IMG/VR virus record: IMGVR_UViG_3300045988_088117
Coordinates: 1 to 43,392 of that record
Strand: one strand, 5' to 3'
DNA length: 43,392 nucleotides
DNA from: a virus
Part shown: one piece after another, positions 14,083-21,280 of the stretch
Layout of the letters: each line of letters opens with the position of its first letter
How positions within the stretch are numbered: position 1 is the first letter of the stretch
Notes under the pieces: generated by a model
What the model was told of the DNA's origin: nothing
The model's database searches: none
The model's input: the letters and a program-made list of their open reading frames with translations, nothing else
Program-made: the position numbers and the translations under genes

Positions 14083-14703
14083 TTACAGGTTTTCTCCGTT
14101 CTTCCAGCGCTTGAAGCAATCCCAGCACATCTGCGCGCCGCTTTCCCTGTACGTAAATTCTGCGACTTGCTGCGCCGTGCGCACGTTGCCGCTATTGTCC
14201 CTCAGATCGGTAATCGCCTTTTTGCAGGCAATGCAGATCAGCTGAGGCGGCTCATTCTTCGCCGTGTCAGGCTGCTTCGCAGGCTCAGGCGCGCTTTCCT
14301 CCGGCAGATCTTCGCCGGAATAGATGTACAAGCCGAGTCCATGACGGGCAATCGCTTTGGTGATGCTGCGCTGTATGGCCTTGTTGACGGCAGTAGACGT
14401 AATCTGCCCCGCCGGAATCGGGTTGTTGCGGTTGTCCATAACCGGCAGATACTCGATGGCCTCTTTGCAATAGTCGTCGTCAACCAGCGTAACGCCTGTC
14501 TTAACCCACGCCGTTTTTCCGTCTGTGAAATAAATCCGTCCGCCCTCATCCTCGTAAACGGTCGAATAGCTGTTCGGATAAAGCTCCATCAGCTTCTTCC
14601 ACGCCCAAGTCCACGAAAGATAAGAAAGATTTCCCTTTTTTTCGACATATTCCGAACAGTCAATTTTAGCCAGCTCGGAAAAACGATTTTTTTGTTCTCC
14701 CAT
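14083..14703 (-). CDS. Sak / Rad52-like single-strand annealing protein (DUF1071-type) with a C-terminal Cys4 extension
   Basis: Contains LSYLSWTWAWKKLMELYP, LPVMDNRNNPI and RHGLGLYIYSGEDLP. The tail has CIAC...CWDC. Confidence 0.7.
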   Translation of the reverse strand: MGEQKNRFSELAKIDCSEYVEKKGNLSYLSWTWAWKKLMELYPNSYSTVYEDEGGRIYFTDGKTAWVKTGVTLVDDDYCKEAIEYLPVMDNRNNPIPAGQITSTAVNKAIQRSITKAIARHGLGLYIYSGEDLPEESAPEPAKQPDTAKNEPPQLICIACKKAITDLRDNSGNVRTAQQVAEFTYRESGAQMCWDCFKRWKNGENL

Positions 14704-14706
14704 GAT

Positions 14707-14874
14707 TTACTCCTCGTCCATCGGGTCAGGCACGAAGGGGTTGCCCCCGTCGTCCCAGTCCGATAATGTTCCGTAGTACGGCCTGCCATAGCCAATAGGC
14801 CGTTCGTCCGTCTCTTCGCAGCGGCCGCAGCCGTCGCACTCATCCTTGATGTGAATCACGCATCTGTAACTCAT
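14707..14874 (-). CDS. Small Cys-rich protein (55 aa)
   Basis: Begins MSYRCVIHIKDECDGCGRCEE. The upstream part of the listed ORF is R-rich and looks non-coding. Confidence 0.4.
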   Translation of the reverse strand: MSYRCVIHIKDECDGCGRCEETDERPIGYGRPYYGTLSDWDDGGNPFVPDPMDEE

Positions 14875-15052
14875 CTTTTGCCCCGCTGATAAATCGTCCG
14901 CGCACCCGGCGCGGAATCTGAATCGCCTCGTAGCATCCATCTTTGAGCGTCTGTATCGCATCCAGCACCTCCGGATCGAGTATGTCCAAACTGTCCGCGA
15001 TAAACTCGTTCACCACATTCCCCGCACGGATGAAGTCTTCACTCGTGAGCAT
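14840..15052 (-). CDS. Hypothetical small protein
   Basis: Listed ORF trimmed to MLTSEDFIRAGN.... The start is uncertain. Confidence 0.4.
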   Translation of the reverse strand: MLTSEDFIRAGNVVNEFIADSLDILDPEVLDAIQTLKDGCYEAIQIPRRVRGRFISGAKDELQMRDSHQG

Positions 15053-15362
15053 GGCTCCACATGCTTTCAAAAATCTGGATCGCGTCGTTGTCTAAGCCAT
15101 CTCCGTTCGGAATAAGGTGATTGTAGTCGTCGTACTTGTAGTTCCCGTCCGGGCCGCGCTTGTAAGTCGTATTTGGTCTCAGCACCTTGTCGATGTCGCG
15201 CTTGAGGTCTGTTATCGTTTCGAGCAGTTGCTCGTAGCTCATTTCACCCTCGATAAAGTAGAGGTCAAGCTCGTATCGGGTCTTTCCCCCCTCGCCCAGA
15301 AATGCTGTCAGCTTGATAGCGTCGCCCTCCAGCGTGAAATTCGTGATCCGTCCTCCGTTCAT
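15039..15362 (-). CDS. Hypothetical protein (107 aa)
   Basis: Listed ORF with coupled overlaps and protein-like composition. Confidence 0.6.
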   Translation of the reverse strand: MNGGRITNFTLEGDAIKLTAFLGEGGKTRYELDLYFIEGEMSYEQLLETITDLKRDIDKVLRPNTTYKRGPDGNYKYDDYNHLIPNGDGLDNDAIQIFESMWSHAHE

Positions 15363-15595
15363 CCGTTTTCGCTCCTTTCTCCCACTTCGTGCATGTTCCG
15401 CCGACGATACACCCGACGCATGCCGGGCTGATCGGTCGGCTCAGCGGCCGGCAGTGCGCGCACGTTGCACATACCCTCTCGCTTTTCACGCTCTGCCCTC
15501 AGCTCCTCTCCTACGCGCTTTGCCATGTAGCAAAGCGCAATCAGCAGCGCGCTCAAATCCAGCGCCGCAAGCGTCGTCCATACCATGTCAGTCAT
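15359..15595 (-). CDS. Small membrane protein (78 aa)
   Basis: The N-terminus has a transmembrane segment VWTTLAALDLSALLIALCYMA. Confidence 0.55.
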   Translation of the reverse strand: MTDMVWTTLAALDLSALLIALCYMAKRVGEELRAEREKREGMCNVRALPAAEPTDQPGMRRVYRRRNMHEVGERSENG

Positions 15596-15843
15596 AGCGT
15601 TACCTCCAGCCCGATTGCCCGGCAGATGTCCCGATACGCCTGTATCGGCATCGCCTCCGGCATTTTGAAATATTTGCAGACCGTCGCGCGGCTGATTCCC
15701 GTGTCGGACGAGATCTCGTCAAGCGTCATTCCCGCGTGGTCTTTCCCAATGCGCAGCTTGTCGCGGATGGCCATGTTGCGGTTGCTGTCCGCTTCCGCTA
15801 TCCGCCTTTCTTCCGTCAGCGCTCTGACCTTCGGCATAATCAT
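15592..15843 (-). CDS. HTH DNA-binding protein (early regulator, Cro-like candidate)
   Basis: Contains MTLDEISSDTGISRATVCKYFK, an HTH. It is coupled by an ATGA junction to a 20-codon upstream ORF (15840..15902). Confidence 0.6.
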   Translation of the reverse strand: MIMPKVRALTEERRIAEADSNRNMAIRDKLRIGKDHAGMTLDEISSDTGISRATVCKYFKMPEAMPIQAYRDICRAIGLEVTL

Positions 15844-15903
15844 TCCTCCCCGGCTTTCGGCGTGCAGGTCATGTCCTTGTTAAACCCCTTGTAAGCTTTC
15901 ATG

Positions 15904-15996
15904 TTGATTTTCCTTCCTTTCTGTGCTATACTTGTGGTGCGATTATTCTTTGACCTTTCGCCGTCGGCTTCTGGTACAGGCCGACGGCCTTTTTTG
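15904..15996 (+). ncRNA. Plus-strand promoter plus terminator unit predicting a ~58-nt antisense RNA
   Basis: TTGATT (15904-15909), 17 nt spacer, TGcTATACT (-10 at 15927-15932). Then the hairpin GCCGTCGGC/GCCGACGGC (15960-15988) followed by CTTTTTT. Confidence 0.5.
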
Positions 15997-16000
15997 TCTG

Positions 16001-16285
16001 TCAAGAGAGCTTCCGCTGTGAATTAAAAAACGCCATGGCTTCCTGCGCATCGCCAGTCTGGAAATACCCATCGTCTTCAATATTCTTGTCGGCAAGATCC
16101 AGAAGAATAAGAAGAATATTGAATGCATCCTCTTTCCTCTTATGGCAAGAATCGATCTCTTTCTGTGGCATCGAACATCCAAGCTTTTCCAAATCTTCCG
16201 CCATTGCATCGACAGGCATTCTTGCACAAATGTCAATTTGCGTCGCAATAAACCCGAGAATGTCTTTTTTGCTGTATTGTGCCAT
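16001..16285 (-). CDS. Hypothetical protein (94 aa)
   Basis: ATG at 16285 follows AAAGGAAAGGAGAAAAAC (MAQYSKKDILGF...). Confidence 0.6.
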   Translation of the reverse strand: MAQYSKKDILGFIATQIDICARMPVDAMAEDLEKLGCSMPQKEIDSCHKRKEDAFNILLILLDLADKNIEDDGYFQTGDAQEAMAFFNSQRKLS

Positions 16286-16302
16286 GTTTTTCTCCTTTCC
16301 TT

Positions 16303-16461
16303 TTACGCCGTCTGCGCGGCGGCCTGCTTGCCGAGGTTGTAGCCCGTCAGCATCGCCATAGCGACGGTCTGAACGCTTTCTTCCTTCGCGTCCGGCAGCA
16401 GCTTCAGCAGCGCCGCCAGCGCTTCTTCCTTCTGCTTGCGCGTCGTGTTCTTCTTTGCCAT
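16303..16461 (-). CDS. Small protein (52 aa) MAKKNTTRKQKEEALAALLKLLPDAKEESVQTVAMAMLTGYNLGKQAAAQTA
   Basis: Hand-translated. RBS is AAGGAAG. The ORF is below the track cutoff. It is the first gene of the leftward early operon. Confidence 0.45.
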   Translation of the reverse strand: MAKKNTTRKQKEEALAALLKLLPDAKEESVQTVAMAMLTGYNLGKQAAAQTA

Positions 16462-16534
16462 CTTCTGTCACTTCCTTTCTTTCCTTCCCTTCCGAATCTG
16501 TGCTATACTGTTCAAATGGGAAGGATGTGATATC

Positions 16535-16993
16535 ATGGATTTAACCCGATACCAGTTGAACCTCTTGTCTGCGCTTGGAACCCAGCATATCCGGCTTAGC
16601 GCTTCTCTTGCTCCCGAAGCATATGCCGAACTGAAATTTCTGGAAAAGGCGGGCTTTGTGAAGATCGTTCCGCCTGATCCAAACTTTTCATATCTGCCGG
16701 ATTACAATGCTTCTGATCAGTTCTTCGCTTTGGCTTCTCCCGGCTGGCAAGCCCTGCATTTAGAACAGGATCGCCGCCAGCGCGAAATAGAGGAAGAAAC
16801 CAAGCAGCAGGCAGAGCGTAAAGCGGATCGTGCGAACACTGATAAGGATCGCAAGCTGCATTTCGCTCATGAGTGGAAGATAGCTGTCTACACTTCTTTC
16901 ACCAGCTTCATAGCCGGAGCGATAGCGAACCACTTCTTCGATATAGTAGCGCGTGCTGTTGAATGGTGGACGTCTCTTTTGTCTCACCTGTAA
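16535..16993 (+). CDS. Lysogeny-oriented hypothetical protein with a C-terminal TM segment (152 aa)
   Basis: ATG at 16535 follows GGGAAGGA. An extended -10 TGcTATACT lies at 16501-16509. The C-terminus is IAVYTSFTSFIAGAIANHFF. Confidence 0.6.
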   Translation: MDLTRYQLNLLSALGTQHIRLSASLAPEAYAELKFLEKAGFVKIVPPDPNFSYLPDYNASDQFFALASPGWQALHLEQDRRQREIEEETKQQAERKADRANTDKDRKLHFAHEWKIAVYTSFTSFIAGAIANHFFDIVARAVEWWTSLLSHL

Positions 16994-17001
16994 AGCCTCC
17001 T

Positions 17002-17094
17002 TTCTTGCGTCTGGTAATAGTATACTTTCCAAACGCAAATCTGTCAAGATATTTTTCTATTTTTCTTGCGTTTGGTAAGAACGTGTGATAAAAT
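17002..17094. promoter_or_regulatory. Genetic switch: back-to-back promoters with TTGCGTYTGG operator half-sites
   Basis: Leftward promoter: TTGACA (17047..17042), 17 nt, TATACT (17024..17019). Rightward promoter: TTGCGT (17066-17071), 17 nt, TGaTAAAAT (-10 at 17089-17094). Half-sites lie at 17006-17015, 17029-17038 (inverted) and 17067-17076. Confidence 0.65.
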
Positions 17095-17123
17095 ATGTTT
17101 GTCCATCGAAAGAAGGTGAATAT

Positions 17124-17477
17124 ATGGATCGTAGAATTAAAGAAATCCGAAAGGCTAATGGAAATATAAGCCAAGAGTTGTTCGGAAAACGTCTCGGTTT
17201 GACTGGCGCAACGATTTCCCGTCTTGAATCGGGAGATCGTCAGCCAACGGAAGCGATTATTCTTTCCATGTGCCGCGAATATGATGTCAATGAAGATTGG
17301 CTTCGTACCGGCGAAGGAAAAATGAGACTCAAAGAATCCGCCGAGGATGCGGAACGCATGGTCAATCTCATGCGTGGAATGAGCGAAAACAAAAAGAAGC
17401 TCTTCCGTATCCTTGTGGATATGCCGGATGAGCTTCTGGATGAAATGATTTCCTATATGAAAAAGGAAATCAGGTGA
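17124..17477 (+). CDS. CI-like repressor (XRE-family HTH)
   Basis: Begins MDRRIKEIRKANGNISQELFGKRLGLTGATISRLESGDRQPT. RBS is GAAGGTGA. Confidence 0.8.
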   Translation: MDRRIKEIRKANGNISQELFGKRLGLTGATISRLESGDRQPTEAIILSMCREYDVNEDWLRTGEGKMRLKESAEDAERMVNLMRGMSENKKKLFRILVDMPDELLDEMISYMKKEIR

Positions 17478-17682
17478 CAGGCGGGTACTGCTTGATTTCC
17501 AGTTTGAGCAGCGCTCTCGCCGTTCCGAGCAGGAAGTAGATGTTTTCGCCGTCGGTCAGCATCTCTGCAATGGCGGCGATCTCCTTTCTCTCCTGCTCAA
17601 ATTCTATGGGGATGGGTTTCGGCGCGGTTCTCCGCGCTCTGTGCTGGGTGACGTTCTTCGGGCGGCTCTCTTTCATGTCCAT
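17470..17682 (-). CDS. Hypothetical small basic protein (70 aa; start may be 17676)
   Basis: Listed ORF with a GGAGAGG RBS. It converges on the repressor gene. Function unknown. Confidence 0.4.
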   Translation of the reverse strand: MDMKESRPKNVTQHRARRTAPKPIPIEFEQERKEIAAIAEMLTDGENIYFLLGTARALLKLEIKQYPPVT

Positions 17683-17966
17683 CCTCTCCTTTGTCTTAGT
17701 ATATCCCCCCTTTCGGGCGGCTATGTCTCTTTCGACAAAGGTTCACAAGTTTGTTTTAATATTTGTATGCCGGGTATGTCTTTCGATGTCTTTCGATAAA
17801 AAAAGCCCCCGACTGCGCTGCCGTCGCAATCGGGGGTAAATCCGGGAACCATCCATTCAAACACAGTGAAAGGACAAACATGCAAATGGAAGGAACGCTT
17901 ATAGTATACCATACCTTCCTTCTTTTTGCAACTCGGCAAACTGACGTGTAGAAAGAAGGTTTTTTT

Positions 17967-19046
17967 ATGCCGAAAATCGAGAAAACAAAAACCGGATACC
18001 GCGCCCGCGTCTCTACGGGTGAGCGCCTGCCCTCCGGCGGATACCGCTATATTTCGCTCTCTGCCGCGACGAAAGCCGAGGTAAGGCGAATGGTTGCTTC
18101 CTTTGATGAAAACCGCGAGAACGCCCTTTCCGCGAATCTGGCAGGGCGTGTGACGCTCTCTCAGGCGATGGATAAATACCTCGATACCTGCCGCGCCGCT
18201 GGTCGCTCTCCGACAACCATCCGTGGCTATGTCACCATGAGGCGCAACGGCTTTGAAGCCCTCGAAACAAAACCAATCGCCAAAATCTCCCGCGCCGATA
18301 TCCAGTCTATGGTCAACGACTGGACGCGCTCCGGCGCAACGCCGAAAACCGTCCGCAATAAGCTCAGCTTTCTCTCCTCTGCCATAAAGCACGCCGGAAT
18401 CGAGCCGCCGATGCAGGGCCTAATCCTGCCTGAACCTGACCGCAAAGAGATGACTATCCCGCAGGATGAGGACGTGCAGCGTGCGCTGTTTTATCTCCGC
18501 GCCCATAATACCAACCTCTACGTCGCCGTCGTCCTTGCCGCAACGCTGGGTCTGCGACGCGGTGAAATCGCCGCCCTGACGATGGATGACTTCGACTTCG
18601 ACGCGGGCACGGTCACCATTAGCAAGTCCCTCGCCATGGATGAGCGCGGCGACTACATCACCAAAGCCCCGAAATCCCGAAGCGGTAACCGCGTCCTGCG
18701 TGGCCTGGATGCGCTCGTCGTCTCCGCTGTCCGCAACTTTGGGCATCAGCCGCCGCAGACCATCACCAGCATGACGCCTGCTGCAATCTCCTGCGCTTAT
18801 GCCGATGTATGCGCCAAGCTCAATCTCCCTGGTCGCTTTCACGATTTACGCCACTACGCCGCGTCCGTTATGGCTGCCCTCAACGTCCCGCCCAAGTACG
18901 CTCAGGAGCGCATGGGGCACGCAACCCTCGATATGCTCAACCGCGTTTACCAGCACACGATGGACAAAAAGCGCGATGCCGTAGCCGACGCGATTGCGTC
19001 TCACAATATCGCGCTGCTTGGTGGTGAAGTATGCCAGTACAAATAA
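17967..19046 (+). CDS. int: Tyrosine integrase
   Basis: 359 aa. Contains LGLRRGEI (Arg), HDLRHYAAS (HxxR) and LNRVYQH (Tyr), with an N-terminal SAM-like domain. Confidence 0.9.
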   Translation: MPKIEKTKTGYRARVSTGERLPSGGYRYISLSAATKAEVRRMVASFDENRENALSANLAGRVTLSQAMDKYLDTCRAAGRSPTTIRGYVTMRRNGFEALETKPIAKISRADIQSMVNDWTRSGATPKTVRNKLSFLSSAIKHAGIEPPMQGLILPEPDRKEMTIPQDEDVQRALFYLRAHNTNLYVAVVLAATLGLRRGEIAALTMDDFDFDAGTVTISKSLAMDERGDYITKAPKSRSGNRVLRGLDALVVSAVRNFGHQPPQTITSMTPAAISCAYADVCAKLNLPGRFHDLRHYAASVMAALNVPPKYAQERMGHATLDMLNRVYQHTMDKKRDAVADAIASHNIALLGGEVCQYK

Positions 19047-19068
19047 TTATGCCGCGAATTATGACACG
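19046..19068 (+). repeat. attP-flanking direct repeat 1 (ATTATGCCGCGAATTATGACACG)
   Basis: 21/23 identical to 19268..19290. Each copy contains two ATTATGMC submotifs. Candidate integrase arm sites. Confidence 0.6.
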
Positions 19069-19115
19069 CCAAAACAAAAAGCCTAGTAAAATAAGGGCTT
19101 TTAGGCTGTTTTCGT

Positions 19116-19143
19116 GCGGGTTCGAGTCCCGCTATCCGCACCA
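19116..19143 (+). other. attP core: 3' fragment of a tRNA gene (T-arm, acceptor 3' strand, CCA)
   Basis: GCGGG-TTCGAGT-CCCGC is a T-arm. It is followed by TATCCGC, then A, then CCA. No matching 5' acceptor strand (GCGGATA) lies upstream. Confidence 0.75.
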
Positions 19144-19147
19144 AAAC

Positions 19148-19183
19148 AAGGATTCAAGCGATTGCTTGAATCCTTTCGTTTTT
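19148..19183 (+). terminator. Intrinsic terminator following the tRNA fragment
   Basis: AAGGATTCAAGC-gatt-GCTTGAATCCTT is a perfect stem, followed by TCGTTTTT. Confidence 0.7.
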
Positions 19184-19267
19184 CCTTGCAATATAAAGAA
19201 AAATCAAGTAAAATTCCTCATAACAAAATATAAGATTTTGTACTTGATTTTATCGTTTTATACTTGG

Positions 19268-19290
19268 ATTATGCCTCGGATTATGACACG
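19268..19290 (+). repeat. attP-flanking direct repeat 2 (ATTATGCCTCGGATTATGACACG)
   Basis: See 19046..19068. Confidence 0.6.
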
Positions 19291-19293
19291 GAA

Positions 19294-19572
19294 TCAGCCG
19301 CGCATTTCCTTCTCCAGATGCTCAATCGACGTGTCGATGTGGCATTTGAGCGCTTCGGCAATTTCGTCTCCGCTTTTAGCCTTGCTCCCGATTTCCAGTT
19401 TTTCAAACACGTCGTCCCGATCTCGCTTGAGCATTTCAAGCCGCTGCTCCGCATGACTGATAAACCATCTGCATACGTCCGGCGCAGTCTCTCTGCACGC
19501 GTCGGCGTAGTCCATCAGCATCCGGGTATCCGTTATGCCGTCCATCAAGACGGAAAGCAAATGTTTAACCAC
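19294..19572 (-). CDS. Hypothetical protein (92 aa), cargo region
   Basis: GTG at 19572 lies 6 nt after a GGGGGAA RBS. The start is uncertain. Confidence 0.5.
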   Translation of the reverse strand: MVKHLLSVLMDGITDTRMLMDYADACRETAPDVCRWFISHAEQRLEMLKRDRDDVFEKLEIGSKAKSGDEIAEALKCHIDTSIEHLEKEMRG

Positions 19573-19585
19573 AGGTCGTTCCCCC

Positions 19586-19921
19586 TTATGTCCTGTTGAT
19601 ATAGTCCACAAGCCTGTCCACATCAGCAGCGTTAAAGCGGAACGTGTCCTGCCCTACGTCAAAGCTGATGTACCCGCCGTTTTTCACCATTTGATTTTTG
19701 ATTTCAGCGCCCAGCGCGGCGACGTCAACGTTCTCGTCGTCCGTCATAACGCCGAGAATCTTGAGCGTGGGCTTGTACTTGCCGATGAGGTTGTCCGGCT
19801 TGGCAGCCGCCATACCAACGGCCACGCCGTACAGAATCGCTTTTGCGCCGCTAATGGATGGGCGCACCTCCGAATCGTAGAAGTGCGCCACACCCGCGGC
19901 GATCTGATTTACAGTCGCCAT
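19586..19921 (-). CDS. Hypothetical protein (111 aa), cargo region
   Basis: Listed ORF with a GGGAGG RBS. Confidence 0.6.
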   Translation of the reverse strand: MATVNQIAAGVAHFYDSEVRPSISGAKAILYGVAVGMAAAKPDNLIGKYKPTLKILGVMTDDENVDVAALGAEIKNQMVKNGGYISFDVGQDTFRFNAADVDRLVDYINRT

Positions 19922-19927
19922 ATGATT

Positions 19928-20425
19928 TTAGCCTCCCGTGCTTGCGCCAGCCGCAGCCGCCGTCGGTGCAGTCCACGAATTGTAGCGCGGCATAGGCGGC
20001 GGGCAGATGTTTGTGTCCGGAATGACCGTCTTGGTCATGCCCTGCAATGCCGCAACCTGATTCTGCAAGCAGCCGATGATGCCGTTGTTGGTCGCGTTGT
20101 AGACCGCCTGCTGTGCAATCTGATCTTCGATACCGCGCAGACGGTTGTCGAGATACTGGTACAGTTCCAGCGACTTCTTGTCGGTGTAAACCTCGGCGTT
20201 TTTGTTCGCCAGTTCGCCTTCAAGCTGTGCGATGCGTCCAGCCTGTTCCGCCTCATACCTCGTGACAACGTGATTCTCGCTGCAACCGTCCGCATAACGC
20301 GGATTCCACCCGTTCAGCAGTGCGCCGCCGCCGAGAAGAGTCATGACTGTACCTACGGTACCCGCGATACCCAGACCCAGACCAGCACCGGCAACACCCT
20401 TAGATGCGTATTCCTTATATTCCAT
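19928..20425 (-). CDS. Membrane-anchored coiled-coil protein (165 aa), cargo region
   Basis: The N-terminus is Gly-rich and TM-like (GVAGAGLGLGIAGTVGTVMTLLGGG). A coiled-coil lies centrally. RBS is AAAGGAGGTG. Confidence 0.65.
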   Translation of the reverse strand: MEYKEYASKGVAGAGLGLGIAGTVGTVMTLLGGGALLNGWNPRYADGCSENHVVTRYEAEQAGRIAQLEGELANKNAEVYTDKKSLELYQYLDNRLRGIEDQIAQQAVYNATNNGIIGCLQNQVAALQGMTKTVIPDTNICPPPMPRYNSWTAPTAAAAGASTGG

Positions 20426-20511
20426 TTAACGCACCTCCTTTCTGCCGATATTGTCCCATTTTGGCATCCGCTCGGCGGGTCAGTTTCGGGGCAGATTCAG
20501 GGCGCAGGGCA

Positions 20512-20550
20512 CAAAAAAAGAACCCGGAAGGTTTTTCCCCTCCGGGTTCT
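20512..20550 (-). terminator. Intrinsic terminator ending the late/lysis operon
   Basis: On the minus strand: GAACCCGGAGGG-loop-CCTTCCGGGTTC followed by TTTTTTT. Confidence 0.7.
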
Positions 20551-20551
20551 G

Positions 20552-20818
20552 TCATTTAAATGTTTTGCCGACCTCGACAAAACATTCCGTCTGCCGCCTC
20601 TGTCTCGCTCTGACGCGGTTAATCTTGTCCTGTACCTTTCGCGATTCGCGCTTGACGGTTTCCGGCGAAATGTGCAGCCTTTGCGCCGTTGCAATCAGGT
20701 TGTCCGTCTGCGCGCGGGTGACAAACACCTCTCTCTGCCTGTCCGTCAGCCCGCACGCCTGTATCAGCTCATCACGCTCATCCTTAGTAAATCCCGCAAA
20801 CGTGATCTTGCCGCACAT
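20552..20818 (-). CDS. Small sigma70 region-4 / LuxR-type HTH protein (88 aa)
   Basis: Contains LTDRQREVFVTRAQTDNLIATAQRLHISPETVKRESRKVQDKI. The start overlaps the holin stop (TGATG junction). Confidence 0.55.
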   Translation of the reverse strand: MCGKITFAGFTKDERDELIQACGLTDRQREVFVTRAQTDNLIATAQRLHISPETVKRESRKVQDKINRVRARQRRQTECFVEVGKTFK

Positions 20819-21273
20819 CAGTCTCCCTCCGTGCCCTCGTCGTTCTGTTCCTTAATCTGTTCAAGTGCCTTCTTAATAAACGCAGGGAACGGCACGCCGA
20901 TGATGGCCAGATTCTCGGTGATGCTCAGTCCTTCGTTCGCAATGTAGAACATCGCCATTGCGTCGCGGAAAACCCGCGTTCCTTCCGGCATCACGCGGTC
21001 GAGCTGTGCCGCCATAAAGACCACCACCAGCATGACCGCCTTCTTGAGCAGCCCGTGCCAGCCCGTCTTGCTGTCCAGCTTTCCGCCGTCCGTCTTCGGG
21101 CTTTTGCCAATCGCCCCGCAAATGCACCCTGTCACGTAGTCAATGCCCATCATGTAGCACAGCACGATCAGCAACGTGTCCCAACCTCCCATTGCACCCG
21201 CGATTGCTCCGCCCGCAAGTGCCGCCATCTTGAGTATTTTGTCCCAGATTCCAGACCAGTTGTTCATGGTCAT
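20818..21273 (-). CDS. Holin (phage_holin_4 / TcdE-like family)
   Basis: Has three TM segments. Contains YMMGIDYVTGCICG and FYIANEGLSITENL, characteristic of this holin family. Confidence 0.85.
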   Translation of the reverse strand: MTMNNWSGIWDKILKMAALAGGAIAGAMGGWDTLLIVLCYMMGIDYVTGCICGAIGKSPKTDGGKLDSKTGWHGLLKKAVMLVVVFMAAQLDRVMPEGTRVFRDAMAMFYIANEGLSITENLAIIGVPFPAFIKKALEQIKEQNDEGTEGD

Positions 21274-21280
21274 CCTCCTC

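Noticed and set aside
19081-19143. A complete tRNA gene next to the integrase gene
   Set aside because: Only the T-arm, the 3' acceptor strand and the CCA are present. No complementary 5' acceptor strand (GCGGATA) or D-arm lies at the required distance. It is interpreted as the attP core.
19535-20947. 470-aa plus-strand ORF across the cargo and lysis junction (similarly 12459..13598 plus strand, 17721..18392 minus strand, 24129..25022 plus strand, 27186..28061 plus strand)
   Set aside because: They span several well-supported opposite-strand genes and a terminator. Their sequence is Arg-rich and low in complexity, so they are shadow ORFs.
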